Source: a virus (lineage: Duplodnaviria > Caudoviricetes). From it: a stretch of DNA of 59,301 nucleotides. The stretch is taken from positions 1-59,301 of IMG/VR virus record IMGVR_UViG_3300033155_000832. One strand, 5' to 3'. The translations under genes and the position numbers were made by a program. The notes beneath the pieces were generated by a model. It did not search any database and had not been told where the DNA came from. It was given only the letters and a program-made list of their open reading frames with translations. Positions 26,793 through 36,522 of the stretch are shown here, in pieces (position 1 is the first letter of the stretch; each line of letters begins with the position of its first letter).

Positions 26793-27784
26793 GCTTCGAT
26801 CCTTCGGTATAATTGGAAAAACTGCTTGTCATTTATCAGAGACTTGAACGACCATTCGCGGAACTTATCGACCACGTACGCCTTGTCGTATTTATGCCTA
26901 GAGTCCTGCCACGCCTGTTGTAACGCAGGTTTCAGGATTTCCTCGTGGTAGCGGGTGCGCAGGCTAATACCTGTTGTGTTTGACGTCAGTAAGTACGGTT
27001 CGTCGATAACAGTCTGTGCTATTTTAGACACCAGCCCTTTCGATGTCTTGTGCTTCTTCAGCCATTTCGACATACGTACCGCTTGGTTGTGTTCAGACGT
27101 ATCTAAATCAACGCCGTCACATACGGCCTCTATTATCAGCTTCATGCCCGTCTTCGTGCCGACACCTCGCACGCCCTGCACGTTGTCCGATTTGTCACCG
27201 GTCATCGCGCGTAGTAACGTCCACATGGCTAGCGGGAGCCCCTCGGGCTTTGCGCGGTCTCCGTACGCTTCGAAGTCATCGTACGTCAGGTACGGTTCGT
27301 TCCCGCCTAAGAACTGGATCTCCGCGCCCCACTCTAAGCACTGCCACAGGTCACGGTCGCCACTTACGATAACCGGTACCTCATCTTCGTCTAAGACGAT
27401 GTCAACCGCCTCCGCTAGCAGATCGTCAGCCTCCCAGCCTGATATGGATATTGTGCGGACACCTAGGTGAGGCAGAATGTCCTGCAGGAGCTTCATCTGT
27501 TGCTTAGCGCGTTGATAGTCTTCATCGGGTACGTCTTGTCGGGAGGGCCGTTGCGCCTTGTACTCGGGAAGAGCAAGGTCACGGTGTGCAGGTGTCCCTG
27601 CGTCAAAGAAGACCGTCATCTGGCTCACACACGGGGTGTCGCGTATAAGACAGCTTAACTTGCGTAGTGCTGTGAACAACCCGCCTGTATACACTCCGCC
27701 CGCCTTAAGGTCGTCGCGAAGTGTCGCCATGATACAGCGCATAGCTAAGTTGTTCCCGTCAATAAGTAGGTGGTACTCCGCCAT
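26789..27784 (-). CDS. 5'-3' exonuclease / flap endonuclease
   Basis: LIDGNN, FD.G, YKAQR, EADD, SGDRDL.Q and GDKSDNV.GV.GVG.KT motifs. Confidence 0.92.
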   Translation of the reverse strand: MAEYHLLIDGNNLAMRCIMATLRDDLKAGGVYTGGLFTALRKLSCLIRDTPCVSQMTVFFDAGTPAHRDLALPEYKAQRPSRQDVPDEDYQRAKQQMKLLQDILPHLGVRTISISGWEADDLLAEAVDIVLDEDEVPVIVSGDRDLWQCLEWGAEIQFLGGNEPYLTYDDFEAYGDRAKPEGLPLAMWTLLRAMTGDKSDNVQGVRGVGTKTGMKLIIEAVCDGVDLDTSEHNQAVRMSKWLKKHKTSKGLVSKIAQTVIDEPYLLTSNTTGISLRTRYHEEILKPALQQAWQDSRHKYDKAYVVDKFREWSFKSLINDKQFFQLYRRIEA

Positions 27785-27785
27785 A

Positions 27786-28892
27786 TTACCGAACGCTCTC
27801 TAAGTATGTCCAGAACGCTTTATGGTCGCGTAGCGTGCTCGCCTCGGCTTCTTTGCGTGCGATATTCGACGGGCGCTCTACCACATCACCATCGCTGTCG
27901 TACACCGTAATCAGAGTCAGGTCGACGTCAGGTCGGTTGGTCTTCTTAACCTGCGCACCTGTGTATGCAGGGGCAAAGGGATTACGCACAAGACCACGAA
28001 CCCACGCTAGCCCCCATGCGGTACCCAAAGTCACCAAGAATTCGTCAGTGTAATAGTCTTCGTCACCGTCTAGGATATGGCACAGGACGCGACCGAGGCT
28101 GTGTAGTACCTCAGCTTGCTCACTCTTACTGCACCATACTGCGAGAGGTTGTTGGCGGGTGGGGCGAGGTGTCTGCGGTACATCGACTTGCCCTTCTCCC
28201 TCCTCTTCTTCTTCCCATTCCGAGGCGTCTGCGTCCGCGTCTTCAGCGTCGTTGCGCTTGTCAATTTCGTCAGAGGCTAGCTTACGGATGTCGAGCGCGG
28301 TAGTGGTGGACGTCACCTTCGAGGTGATCGACTCTTGTACAGCCTCCGACAGTCTGCTCATTTCGACCGCGGCGTGCACGGTTAGGGATCCCTCTTCTAC
28401 CTTGGCAGTTATATCGGCAGGCAGATCTTCAACCAGCGCCATGTAGCGACGTACTTGCTGTGCGTGATGCCCCGTACGCTCCGCAATCTTGGGTGCGGAC
28501 AGTCCTTGGTCTTTGTAACGCAGGAACGCGCGCGCAAGGTCGACAGGGTTAGGGATCGTACGACTGTCTTCGCTGTTCTCGACCATGGCGATGTCAAAGG
28601 CCACCCAGATGTCTTCTGCGTCCGCCCGTACCACCACAGGTATCGAAATGTACTTCAGGTTCTTACAGGCGGTTAGGCGTCGGGCACCGCAGACAAGGTA
28701 ATACTTGCCCTTCTTTCCCGTAGGCGCCACGGTAATCGGAGCTAAGAGCCCGTGGTCTTTGATGGTTTCTTGGAGACGTTCGACACAGCCGATGTCCGAC
28801 CGCGGGTTGAAGTCGCTCCCGTCCTCCCACTTGCGGTTCTGAATGCTGGTTATCTTGATATTCGTGATTTGAATAGGTGCGGGCGTAGTCAT
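27786..28892 (-). CDS. parB: ParB/Spo0J-family protein
   Basis: FNPR, L..TI..HGLL.PI.V, LVCGARRL.A (GxxR CTPase motif), EN, and HTH (G.S..KIAERTG...QVRRY). Confidence 0.85.
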   Translation of the reverse strand: MTTPAPIQITNIKITSIQNRKWEDGSDFNPRSDIGCVERLQETIKDHGLLAPITVAPTGKKGKYYLVCGARRLTACKNLKYISIPVVVRADAEDIWVAFDIAMVENSEDSRTIPNPVDLARAFLRYKDQGLSAPKIAERTGHHAQQVRRYMALVEDLPADITAKVEEGSLTVHAAVEMSRLSEAVQESITSKVTSTTTALDIRKLASDEIDKRNDAEDADADASEWEEEEEGEGQVDVPQTPRPTRQQPLAVWCSKSEQAEVLHSLGRVLCHILDGDEDYYTDEFLVTLGTAWGLAWVRGLVRNPFAPAYTGAQVKKTNRPDVDLTLITVYDSDGDVVERPSNIARKEAEASTLRDHKAFWTYLESVR

Positions 28893-28924
28893 CGTTAAAA
28901 GCTCCTTAAGAGGCTAGGGTAGAA

Positions 28925-30055
28925 TTATTCGGTATCGTCGTCTGCGTCGTGGGTGTTCTCGGTGCGTACCGCAGTGTTGTACATATCGAGTGCTCGGGCG
29001 CGGAAATCATCGTCACGCCATACGCGGAGCCACATTGCGCGTCTTATCCGCAAATCAGACCACGGTACTGCGTAGTACGACCCGCTTATCGTCATCAGCT
29101 TATGCGTGCGGAGGTATTCGAATACCGTCCACGCGAGTGACGGTCCGCGCTTAAAGTTGATCACAAACTTGCCTGTCGTCTGCGGGACGGCCAAGCGTGC
29201 CTTGTATCCCCGCACGGTGCAGAGCAGTCCGACTTGTTTCGCGGTATCTCCTGATCCGCGCTTGTACTTGGCCGCCGTGACGCGTACGCGTTGGCTAGAG
29301 TAGAACTTGACCGCACGACCTCCGGGCGTGTGTGGTGTCTTGAAACGTCCTGTGTCTTTTAGGTTCTCACGTTCTTGATTCACCAGCGCAAAGTGTACAT
29401 TCGCTCTCTGTAGTGGCTTCATCAGGATAGGGAGCCATTCGGAGAGTGTACGAGCTTTAGGGCCGAACGTGTTATTGCCTTCTTCGTCCAGTGCCACTCG
29501 CGGAGGGGCGGACGCAAGGGAGTCGAGCACCACCAGAATCGGGATGTTGGCTTTCCTTTTTTTCGTCATGTCCTTACATATCTGAAGAAGCGCGTCAAAG
29601 GCGTCCTCAATAGCATCAGGTCGGGCGTAGATTAGAGACGACATATCTATGCCGACGTTGTCTATACGGGCAGGGTCTAAGGCGCCTTCGAAGTCGAACA
29701 ATACGGCAACCCCGCCCATGTCTTGTACGTTCTTAATCGCCATGTGCATGAGCGCGGACTTCCCTGCCCCTTCAGGTCCGAAGATTTCGCTTATCCGTCC
29801 GCCTGCGAACCCGCCTCCGAATACTGCGTCCACGCCTGCGAAGCCTGTACTCACCCACGTAGTGACCGTGGAGAGCAGGTTCGGATCGTCACCGAACGTC
29901 ACGTCATCCTCTCCCAGCACTTTCGCCATGTTCGTGCGAAGCATGGAGGCTATCTTATTGCGACCGTCTGACGAGCTTTTTCTTGCCTTTTTTATTACTT
30001 TTTTCGCGGGCTTCTTGCGCGGGGCTGGTTGTGTCGTCTTCTTGGTAACAGGCAT
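28925..30055 (-). CDS. recA: RecA/UvsX recombinase
   Basis: GRISEIFGPEGAGKS, D.EGALDP, LDSLAS, NQ.R and TPGGRAVKFYSS.R motifs; AAGGAAG SD before 30055. Confidence 0.93.
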   Translation of the reverse strand: MPVTKKTTQPAPRKKPAKKVIKKARKSSSDGRNKIASMLRTNMAKVLGEDDVTFGDDPNLLSTVTTWVSTGFAGVDAVFGGGFAGGRISEIFGPEGAGKSALMHMAIKNVQDMGGVAVLFDFEGALDPARIDNVGIDMSSLIYARPDAIEDAFDALLQICKDMTKKRKANIPILVVLDSLASAPPRVALDEEGNNTFGPKARTLSEWLPILMKPLQRANVHFALVNQERENLKDTGRFKTPHTPGGRAVKFYSSQRVRVTAAKYKRGSGDTAKQVGLLCTVRGYKARLAVPQTTGKFVINFKRGPSLAWTVFEYLRTHKLMTISGSYYAVPWSDLRIRRAMWLRVWRDDDFRARALDMYNTAVRTENTHDADDDTE

Positions 30056-30311
30056 ATAGGGCTTCCTTGATTTCGTCAAATGAGTCGGCAGTTTCTCCGA
30101 CAGTGGCTAGGTTGTCTAATACGTTGATCTCTGTGGCGATACTTACCACCAGTTGCTTGTACAGGCTTGCGCGTAACGTCTGTAGCTCCGTAACAGGGTC
30201 GACCCCTAGTGTACGGGTCACCGACACCGTAGGGTTAATCGACGAATACGATGGCATCCCTATTTTAGGGCTGTACGTTACTGTGATTTGGTCGCCTTCT
30301 TTTAATGACAT
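29955..30311 (-). CDS. hypothetical protein
   Basis: 118-aa ORF between SSB and recA, overlapping the recA 5' end by about 100 nt. Confidence 0.5.
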   Translation of the reverse strand: MSLKEGDQITVTYSPKIGMPSYSSINPTVSVTRTLGVDPVTELQTLRASLYKQLVVSIATEINVLDNLATVGETADSFDEIKEALYACYQEDDTTSPAQEAREKSNKKGKKKLVRRSQ

Positions 30312-30370
30312 AATATTTCTCGTGGTGTAAAGGTACTGCGGGCGTTTCCGCCCGCGGTACCGTGTTGTCG

Positions 30371-31786
30371 TTATTTACCTGCGCGTGCGCGTAGTCGCGC
30401 GCTTGCTGTGCTTCCTGTGCTTCCGGCTCCTCCGCCTCTTGACCTGCGTCGCGCAGGGGCAGGGGCGTCATCGTCGTCTTCGTCCGGCTCGGGCGCCTTG
30501 GTTTTACGGCCTCGGGTGGCGCTTCGTGCTCGTGTAGTCACAGGCGCCTCTTCTTCCTCTTCTTCGGCAGGCGCTTCGCCTTCGGGCGTCGCCACGAGTG
30601 TAGCCTCTTCGAGCGGTACTTCGAAGTCACCGTCTTCGGTGCTGAACACCACAATGACTCCGTCTTCCGTCTCCAACAGCTCCAGTACTTCGCCTTCGGT
30701 TACGTCGTCAGGGTCGTCTTCATCTTCGTAGCGGATGATAGAGCCGACCTCGATCTCAGGTGCCTTCGCTTTGGCTTTAGCTTTAGGCTTACGACTGCGA
30801 GGTGCAGGCTTGGCTTTGGCTTTAGGCTTGCGAGGGGCAGGGGCTTCTTCCTCTTCCTCTTCTTCCTCTACGACCTTCTTCTTAGGCGCGCGCGCAGGCT
30901 TACCCGCCTTCTTCTTCTTGGCCTTGGGTGTTGGCGCTGGTGTCTGTTCTCCGCCTTCCGACGGCATCGACAAGCCAAGATCTTCGAGGCGTTCCGTGCG
31001 GACAGCTAAGGAGGCGATTTCGGCCACATCGTCCGGTAGTGGGTAGTCCGCGTCCATGTAATTTTCAGGCATATCTTCGCCTGTGATCAGGTTATACGCG
31101 TCAGCTAGGTGCGTCCTGTCCACAGCAGGCACGAGCTTGTTCAGTGAGAAGGCGTAAGCGGCGACCGTCATAGCGTCGTTGATAGTGTCAGGGTCGACAT
31201 CATAATCGGACAACGCGTCCACGAGAGGCTCCGCGTCATAGAATCGCACCTTATACCGCGTATCGAAACCGGTACCTGTTTTCGTCATTTTAAAGTTACG
31301 GCCCGTTTCCAAATGCGAAATATCATTGACGTCTTCGTCCTCGAACACATAGTCATCTATCGCGTCGTGCGCAGACACCTTCGATTCGATGATCTTGATA
31401 ATCAACTTACCGTCGTCGTCAAACGCGTCCTGTACATCAACGACTGGTATGTAGTAGGAGGTTGCCCGTCCGAGGTACGTATCAAGGTCTGCCGAGAATT
31501 CTTTCCATGTCTCGCCTTTGGCCTTACTCGAAGCCCACGCACGCTTAAGCTCACGTTCAACAGGGCAAGCACAATTGAATGTCTCAGGCGAGGTAACCCA
31601 TTGCTTCGTGTCGCGAATGATAAAGCGCTTAACGCAGTACCCTATCACACCTGTGATGTCGATAGGCAGTAGTCGGTAGGTTCCTTTTTTGAAATCCTTC
31701 ATGTAGATGAATTTGAAGTTTCCTGCAGACTGGCGGTCTTCTTGGCGTTGTTGGTGGCGACGGCGCATACGGTCGTATGTGGACAT
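30371..31786 (-). CDS. single-stranded DNA-binding protein (gp32-like) with long charged tail
   Basis: YRLLP, SP..F..ACPV and DI...ETGRNFKMTKTGTG.DTRY motifs; between UvsY-like and recA; AAGGAG SD. Confidence 0.75.
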   Translation of the reverse strand: MSTYDRMRRRHQQRQEDRQSAGNFKFIYMKDFKKGTYRLLPIDITGVIGYCVKRFIIRDTKQWVTSPETFNCACPVERELKRAWASSKAKGETWKEFSADLDTYLGRATSYYIPVVDVQDAFDDDGKLIIKIIESKVSAHDAIDDYVFEDEDVNDISHLETGRNFKMTKTGTGFDTRYKVRFYDAEPLVDALSDYDVDPDTINDAMTVAAYAFSLNKLVPAVDRTHLADAYNLITGEDMPENYMDADYPLPDDVAEIASLAVRTERLEDLGLSMPSEGGEQTPAPTPKAKKKKAGKPARAPKKKVVEEEEEEEEAPAPRKPKAKAKPAPRSRKPKAKAKAKAPEIEVGSIIRYEDEDDPDDVTEGEVLELLETEDGVIVVFSTEDGDFEVPLEEATLVATPEGEAPAEEEEEEAPVTTRARSATRGRKTKAPEPDEDDDDAPAPARRRSRGGGAGSTGSTASARLRARAGK

Positions 31787-31806
31787 AAGGGGCTCCTTAT
31801 CGGGGG

Positions 31807-32301
31807 TTAAAAGTTGCGCGCGCCCTTGAGCACGGCAGTAAGTAGTTGGTTTCGTTGTCGTACGGACTCTGCGAGACTCCGGAGGCATTCGTATTCGTGT
31901 GCACACTCTGCGGATTGTTCGCGAGCTCGCTGTACTTTGTCGTTTCCGTCGACCATGCGGGTAATCAGACCGAAGTCTTTCGACGACCATCCGTACGCGC
32001 GGGCGTCTGCTGACTGCCCTCCGTCCACCACGGAACGGTATGCGATGTCGGTGTCGGATATGGTTTGATCGAGTTGCCTGCGTGACGCCTCTGAGCGTCT
32101 TCGGGCTCGGCTCGCGTGATACGCCCAGAACGCGTAATCCTCGGACGCGGTACTCGCCATTTCGTGTTGCTGTTGTTCGCTGTCAGGGATACGTAGTAAC
32201 TCGGCAACATGCTCGCGCACTCTTTCCCCGTTATCCATTAGGAGGGTGACAGTCATTGCGTCGTCACTTACGGTTACCATGGTGCTCGATTTGAGGGTCA
32301 T
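31807..32301 (-). CDS. UvsY-like recombination mediator (tentative)
   Basis: L.I......E.......YAFWA followed by a long helical hairpin; synteny with SSB and RecA. Confidence 0.5.
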   Translation of the reverse strand: MTLKSSTMVTVSDDAMTVTLLMDNGERVREHVAELLRIPDSEQQQHEMASTASEDYAFWAYHASRARRRSEASRRQLDQTISDTDIAYRSVVDGGQSADARAYGWSSKDFGLITRMVDGNDKVQRAREQSAECAHEYECLRSLAESVRQRNQLLTAVLKGARNF

Positions 32302-32308
32302 AGGCAAG

Positions 32309-32337
32309 ATTGTACAGTACCGTACAGTCTTTGTCAA
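32309..32337 (-). promoter_or_regulatory. sigma70-type promoter
   Basis: TTGACA (contains the polA stop)-17-TACAAT; the ATG at 32301 follows after 7 nt. Confidence 0.7.
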
Positions 32338-35300
32338 CACACTTCATTATATTTGTCAGATAATTCTAATAACTCTTCGAGGGATTGAGGTTCGCGGGAT
32401 TTCAGCGCGCCTTCTTCGTACCAGTAAAGGTCGTCATCTCCTCCGGTACCTTGTACGGTGTCCGGATGAAAGCCTACCATGGCACCCCACGTTCTCCCTG
32501 CCTCCACGTCCGCCACAATGGGGCACTTCAGCCAGTCCCACTCCGCTAGTGGGAGTAGGTCGCCTGCGAGGTGCATCACCGTCTCCATAATCGTCGTCAC
32601 TATTTTCGCAACATCGGTTACTTCGTGTTCAGGGCAGTCTAGGATTATCGAGTCGTGTACCGTGAGGATTAAGATAGATTTGAACCCGCCCTCGCGTAGT
32701 GCGTCGTCAATCAGCACCAGCGACAAGAGTGTCATATCCGAAGCGCCTGACTGTATTGGGAAGTTAGTCGACTGTCGAAGTGCTCGGCTCACGACACCGC
32801 GGTCAGAGCTCTTCACAGCCGGTAAGCGTCTGCGTCGGCCTGTGTAAGTCTCAAGGTACCCTTGCGCCTGTGCGAGGTCTTGTGTACCGTCCAAACCGCG
32901 TTTAAGTGCTTTACGTGCGGCAAAGTAATCACGGATAAGGCGTTGTGCCTCTTTTTCGGTGATGTGCACTCCGTCTTTTTTGAGCGTCTTGCGCAGTGCT
33001 GGCGGTCCGGCACCGTACAGGATACCGAAGTTGATCCGCTTAGCGCGTGTACGCCACCCTTTGCGTTCCTTCTCCGGCAACTTAGCAAACGCTTCCGGAG
33101 ACAGCTTACTTATGTCGATAGCCGTAAGCATGTGCAGGTCTTCGCAGTCGACATACGCCTTCAACATTTCCGGCTCATTGAACCAACTTGCGGCGATACG
33201 GAGCTCAACCTGTGAATAGTCCGCCTGTAGTAGCATGCCGGTCTTGCCGTGGCGACTTACGTACGCGTGTTTAGCAGACCCCGGGATATTTTGCAGGTTC
33301 GGCTGGCTAGAGCTGAGGCGACCCGTAGCGGCGCCTGTGGGGTTGAAACGCCCGTGGATCCGGCTGTCAGCGTCGCGCATGGTTAGCATCGGCTCCACGT
33401 AGGTACCAAGCAACTTAGTGAGCTTCCGGTATTCGAGTATGAGCTCGACAAGGCCTTCGTCGCCCCCGTCTTCACTGATCTCTTCGAGAGCGGCGGCATC
33501 GGTTGCGAAGTGTCTCCACTCCTTTTTGTTCACTGCGTCAATCACCACGTCACTGAATTCCACCGTGGCGTCTGCTTTACTCTTCTGCTGGTAACGGTAG
33601 GTAAGCGTATCCTCGCCCGTCTTCGTGAGCGAATAAGGCGGAATATCTAAGTGCCCGTAGAACAGCTTCTGCAACTGCGTGGGACTGTTGGGGTTGAAGT
33701 CAGGGACGGTACGTGTTACCTCGCCCGTACGCTTGTGTGTCTTCTCGACTGCGTTCTCCATCCGGAAACGTAGTACCACAGGGTGCCCCGCCAAGTCCGC
33801 CTCTAACTGCCTAACTTGTGGCTCCAGCTCCGCCTGCATGCGTAATACCACCGACTCGTCGACCGTGGCGCCTGCGTACTCCATCCGCATGAGCACATCG
33901 GATAACCGCGGTAAGAACGACTCAGCGAGGTCGTGCAGTTTTAGGTTATCGACATACTCTGCGTCTTCCTGCATCTGGTGGTAACATTGCAACGTGCAGT
34001 CGGTGTCCGCCGCCGCATACGGAAACAAGACGTCTGCGGGGAAGCATGCGTATGACCCGCCCTTGCGCGGATCGCACAGCGGTTGTTCTTTTTTGTACCT
34101 GTCGAGGTCGCTGTCGTACCCGCCCATGTCGGTGTATTTATACGCTAGGAGCTTCAGCCCGTGATTGCCCGGCACTTCGTCGATCGTCATGTGCGTGAGC
34201 ATCGTATCCAACGGGTCGGGCGGGTAGGTGCCGATCGCACGTAGTATGTGCTGTTGATCAAACTTAGCGTTCTGGGCGAGGAACGGCACGTCTGCGTTAA
34301 ACAATCGAACTAGCGCCGCAGTTACGCGCGCCCTGTCGTCTTCGCGTTGTTCAACATCTTCGGTTAGGTACGCGTGTTGCTCTGTGTACCACGCCACATG
34401 TTTCATAGCGGCGTCGTACGCGATGGCACCCGCTGTGAGTGTGGTCTTCTCTTTGTCCTTGTACCTGCGCTTAGGCTCCGAAGGTATTTGGAATGATGGA
34501 AGAGCCTGCGGTAACGCCCACGGACTCTGTACATGGTCGTACGGTATGCAGTAACCGTATCCTACTTCGTTGGTGAATGTAAAACAGAGCAAGGAAGGGA
34601 ACCCGTTAGGAACATGCGAATTCAACCTACCTGTCTCAGTGTCGTAGGCCACCAACATCCGGTCTTCGATAAAAGCATCTACCATGTCCTCGACTTCTTC
34701 AGGCGTAGTGAGAACCGTATACTCCCCCATCTTACTGCCTATCTCACCTCCGTCACAGACATCGTCTATCGTACTTATGGCGGTCAGCCAATCCTCGGTA
34801 AACTGGTCAGCGAATATGATGTACTCTGCCGTGTTTAACGCCAGCACCGGTACGTCTTCGTACCCTTCGAGGATACACGACAGTACCGCTCCGTGTAAGC
34901 TGGTTATGCCTTTTTGCCCTGTCAGTACTTCAAGAGACGTAGCACCCACAGCGACAAACATTTCAGGCGCGAAGTGTTCTACCTGCTCTAAGAAGCCTTC
35001 GGCACACGCCTTGACCACTGTCTTTGTCGGGTTCTTAGACCGGAACGTACGACAGCCCGCGACGTACGCAAAGGCGTGTGTGTGTTTGACGCGTGCCCTT
35101 GCCTCACGTTCTAGGAGCTTGCCGGGTCGTCCCGCATTCGGCTTACCTGTGCCGTCTTCGTTGCCGTTCGGAGCGGGCAGGACAAACAGCACTTCAACAG
35201 GGTCGGGATACTTGTCCATAGCCGTGAATCCGTGCGTGCGGACTTCGTGCGGATCCTTAAGTGCTGATATGATTTTCTTCGCGTCACGCTTGTACCTGTA

Positions 35301-35447
35301 GTCACCTTGCCCCGCCTCGTGGTCGGCCTTGGCGCCTTGTTGGTACTCCGCGAAGTCTGCGTGAAGAGGGAACAACGGGCAGTACGCGCAACCTGTACTC
35401 TTCGCAGGGTCAGGGTCAATTACGTTTAAGTGTAGATCGTTACTCAT
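32334..35447 (-). CDS. polA: family A DNA polymerase with N-terminal UDG-like domain and 3'-5' exonuclease
   Basis: CxxCPL and ED..GKP..GRPGKLL (family-4 UDG-like); YDTET, NAKFD, YAAAD (exonuclease); TGRLSS..PNLQNIP, DYSQVELR, RAKRINFGILYG, TVHDS. Confidence 0.95.
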   Translation of the reverse strand: MSNDLHLNVIDPDPAKSTGCAYCPLFPLHADFAEYQQGAKADHEAGQGDYRYKRDAKKIISALKDPHEVRTHGFTAMDKYPDPVEVLFVLPAPNGNEDGTGKPNAGRPGKLLEREARARVKHTHAFAYVAGCRTFRSKNPTKTVVKACAEGFLEQVEHFAPEMFVAVGATSLEVLTGQKGITSLHGAVLSCILEGYEDVPVLALNTAEYIIFADQFTEDWLTAISTIDDVCDGGEIGSKMGEYTVLTTPEEVEDMVDAFIEDRMLVAYDTETGRLNSHVPNGFPSLLCFTFTNEVGYGYCIPYDHVQSPWALPQALPSFQIPSEPKRRYKDKEKTTLTAGAIAYDAAMKHVAWYTEQHAYLTEDVEQREDDRARVTAALVRLFNADVPFLAQNAKFDQQHILRAIGTYPPDPLDTMLTHMTIDEVPGNHGLKLLAYKYTDMGGYDSDLDRYKKEQPLCDPRKGGSYACFPADVLFPYAAADTDCTLQCYHQMQEDAEYVDNLKLHDLAESFLPRLSDVLMRMEYAGATVDESVVLRMQAELEPQVRQLEADLAGHPVVLRFRMENAVEKTHKRTGEVTRTVPDFNPNSPTQLQKLFYGHLDIPPYSLTKTGEDTLTYRYQQKSKADATVEFSDVVIDAVNKKEWRHFATDAAALEEISEDGGDEGLVELILEYRKLTKLLGTYVEPMLTMRDADSRIHGRFNPTGAATGRLSSSQPNLQNIPGSAKHAYVSRHGKTGMLLQADYSQVELRIAASWFNEPEMLKAYVDCEDLHMLTAIDISKLSPEAFAKLPEKERKGWRTRAKRINFGILYGAGPPALRKTLKKDGVHITEKEAQRLIRDYFAARKALKRGLDGTQDLAQAQGYLETYTGRRRRLPAVKSSDRGVVSRALRQSTNFPIQSGASDMTLLSLVLIDDALREGGFKSILILTVHDSIILDCPEHEVTDVAKIVTTIMETVMHLAGDLLPLAEWDWLKCPIVADVEAGRTWGAMVGFHPDTVQGTGGDDDLYWYEEGALKSREPQSLEELLELSDKYNEVC

Positions 35448-36522
35448 CGCTCCTCCCACAGATCGTAGAGACCGTGTCTTCTATGTTCTTATAACTCAAG
35501 CGCGAAGCGCCCACACGTTGTGTGCGTCTCTTTATGTTCGTCACAGCGCGTTGAACACCTGCCAGCAGGGTCAACGGTGCTCGGGCATCCCACAGGCGTG
35601 CGAGGTTGTCGCGCTCATCCCACGGGTCACCCTCTTCTAACGGTAACCGTGTGATCGGTACGTCAAGGGTGGTGAGCGGGGACGCCACTTTCGCTTCGTC
35701 TGCGTCCACATCGGTCGCTATTACTATCTCGGTGGTGCCTTCGTCGACCAGTTGTCGCATGAGCTGAACTTGTGCGTTACTGACTCGCTTACCTAAGAGC
35801 GCCACCGCAGGGATACCGATAGAGTCGAAGGCCATCATATCGAAGGCGCCTTCTACGACAACCACGACAGGCGCCTTGCGTGCGAGGTCAAAGCCCAGTA
35901 AGCATTCGTCTTTTGTGTAGTGCCCTGCATCGTTAGGAGGGTTGAGGGATTTCTGGTCGTGCTGTCCACAGTACCTGTTCGTCCAGTACACCAGCTCGCG
36001 ATTCTGCCATACGGGGAATATTAACCGCTTCCTGTATACCCCTCGCATGCACAGCCCTATGTCGTGACGCGCCACATGCTGATCGTCCGCGCCCCGTCTT
36101 TCCAAGTATCGCCAGCCTGATCGGTTTCGGATCGTCTTACGTTCTCGGTTCAACCACACAATCCCCTCCGGTAACGGTACGGGTCGCAAGGCACCTCGCA
36201 AAACGGACAGCGGATACAGTGTGTTGATTACGGACTCGGACAGGCGTGCCACCTTGTCGGCTCGTGCTTCTACTCCTAGATCCTCGATGTCTGCGTCCGA
36301 ATACCGCCTGCCCGTCACGTCGGATAGAATACGGCGAACAGATGACGACGCGTACTCACAGCGAAAGCAAATCGCTTTGCCTTTTTTCGCGTTGATGCGT
36401 AGTGTCTGTTTCGACGATTCTGAACCCTTACGATCAAGGCAGAACGGGCATTGGAACTGGTACTCAGGTGCGTTACCGCCTGCGGTACCTAAAATATCTT
36501 CGACAGTGTAAATCCACGACAT
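35440..36522 (-). CDS. DNA primase
   Basis: CPFC...CFRC zinc finger, YLERRG, RLIFP and TOPRIM VVEGAFD...D.DAD. Confidence 0.9.
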   Translation of the reverse strand: MSWIYTVEDILGTAGGNAPEYQFQCPFCLDRKGSESSKQTLRINAKKGKAICFRCEYASSSVRRILSDVTGRRYSDADIEDLGVEARADKVARLSESVINTLYPLSVLRGALRPVPLPEGIVWLNRERKTIRNRSGWRYLERRGADDQHVARHDIGLCMRGVYRKRLIFPVWQNRELVYWTNRYCGQHDQKSLNPPNDAGHYTKDECLLGFDLARKAPVVVVVEGAFDMMAFDSIGIPAVALLGKRVSNAQVQLMRQLVDEGTTEIVIATDVDADEAKVASPLTTLDVPITRLPLEEGDPWDERDNLARLWDARAPLTLLAGVQRAVTNIKRRTQRVGASRLSYKNIEDTVSTICGRSDE

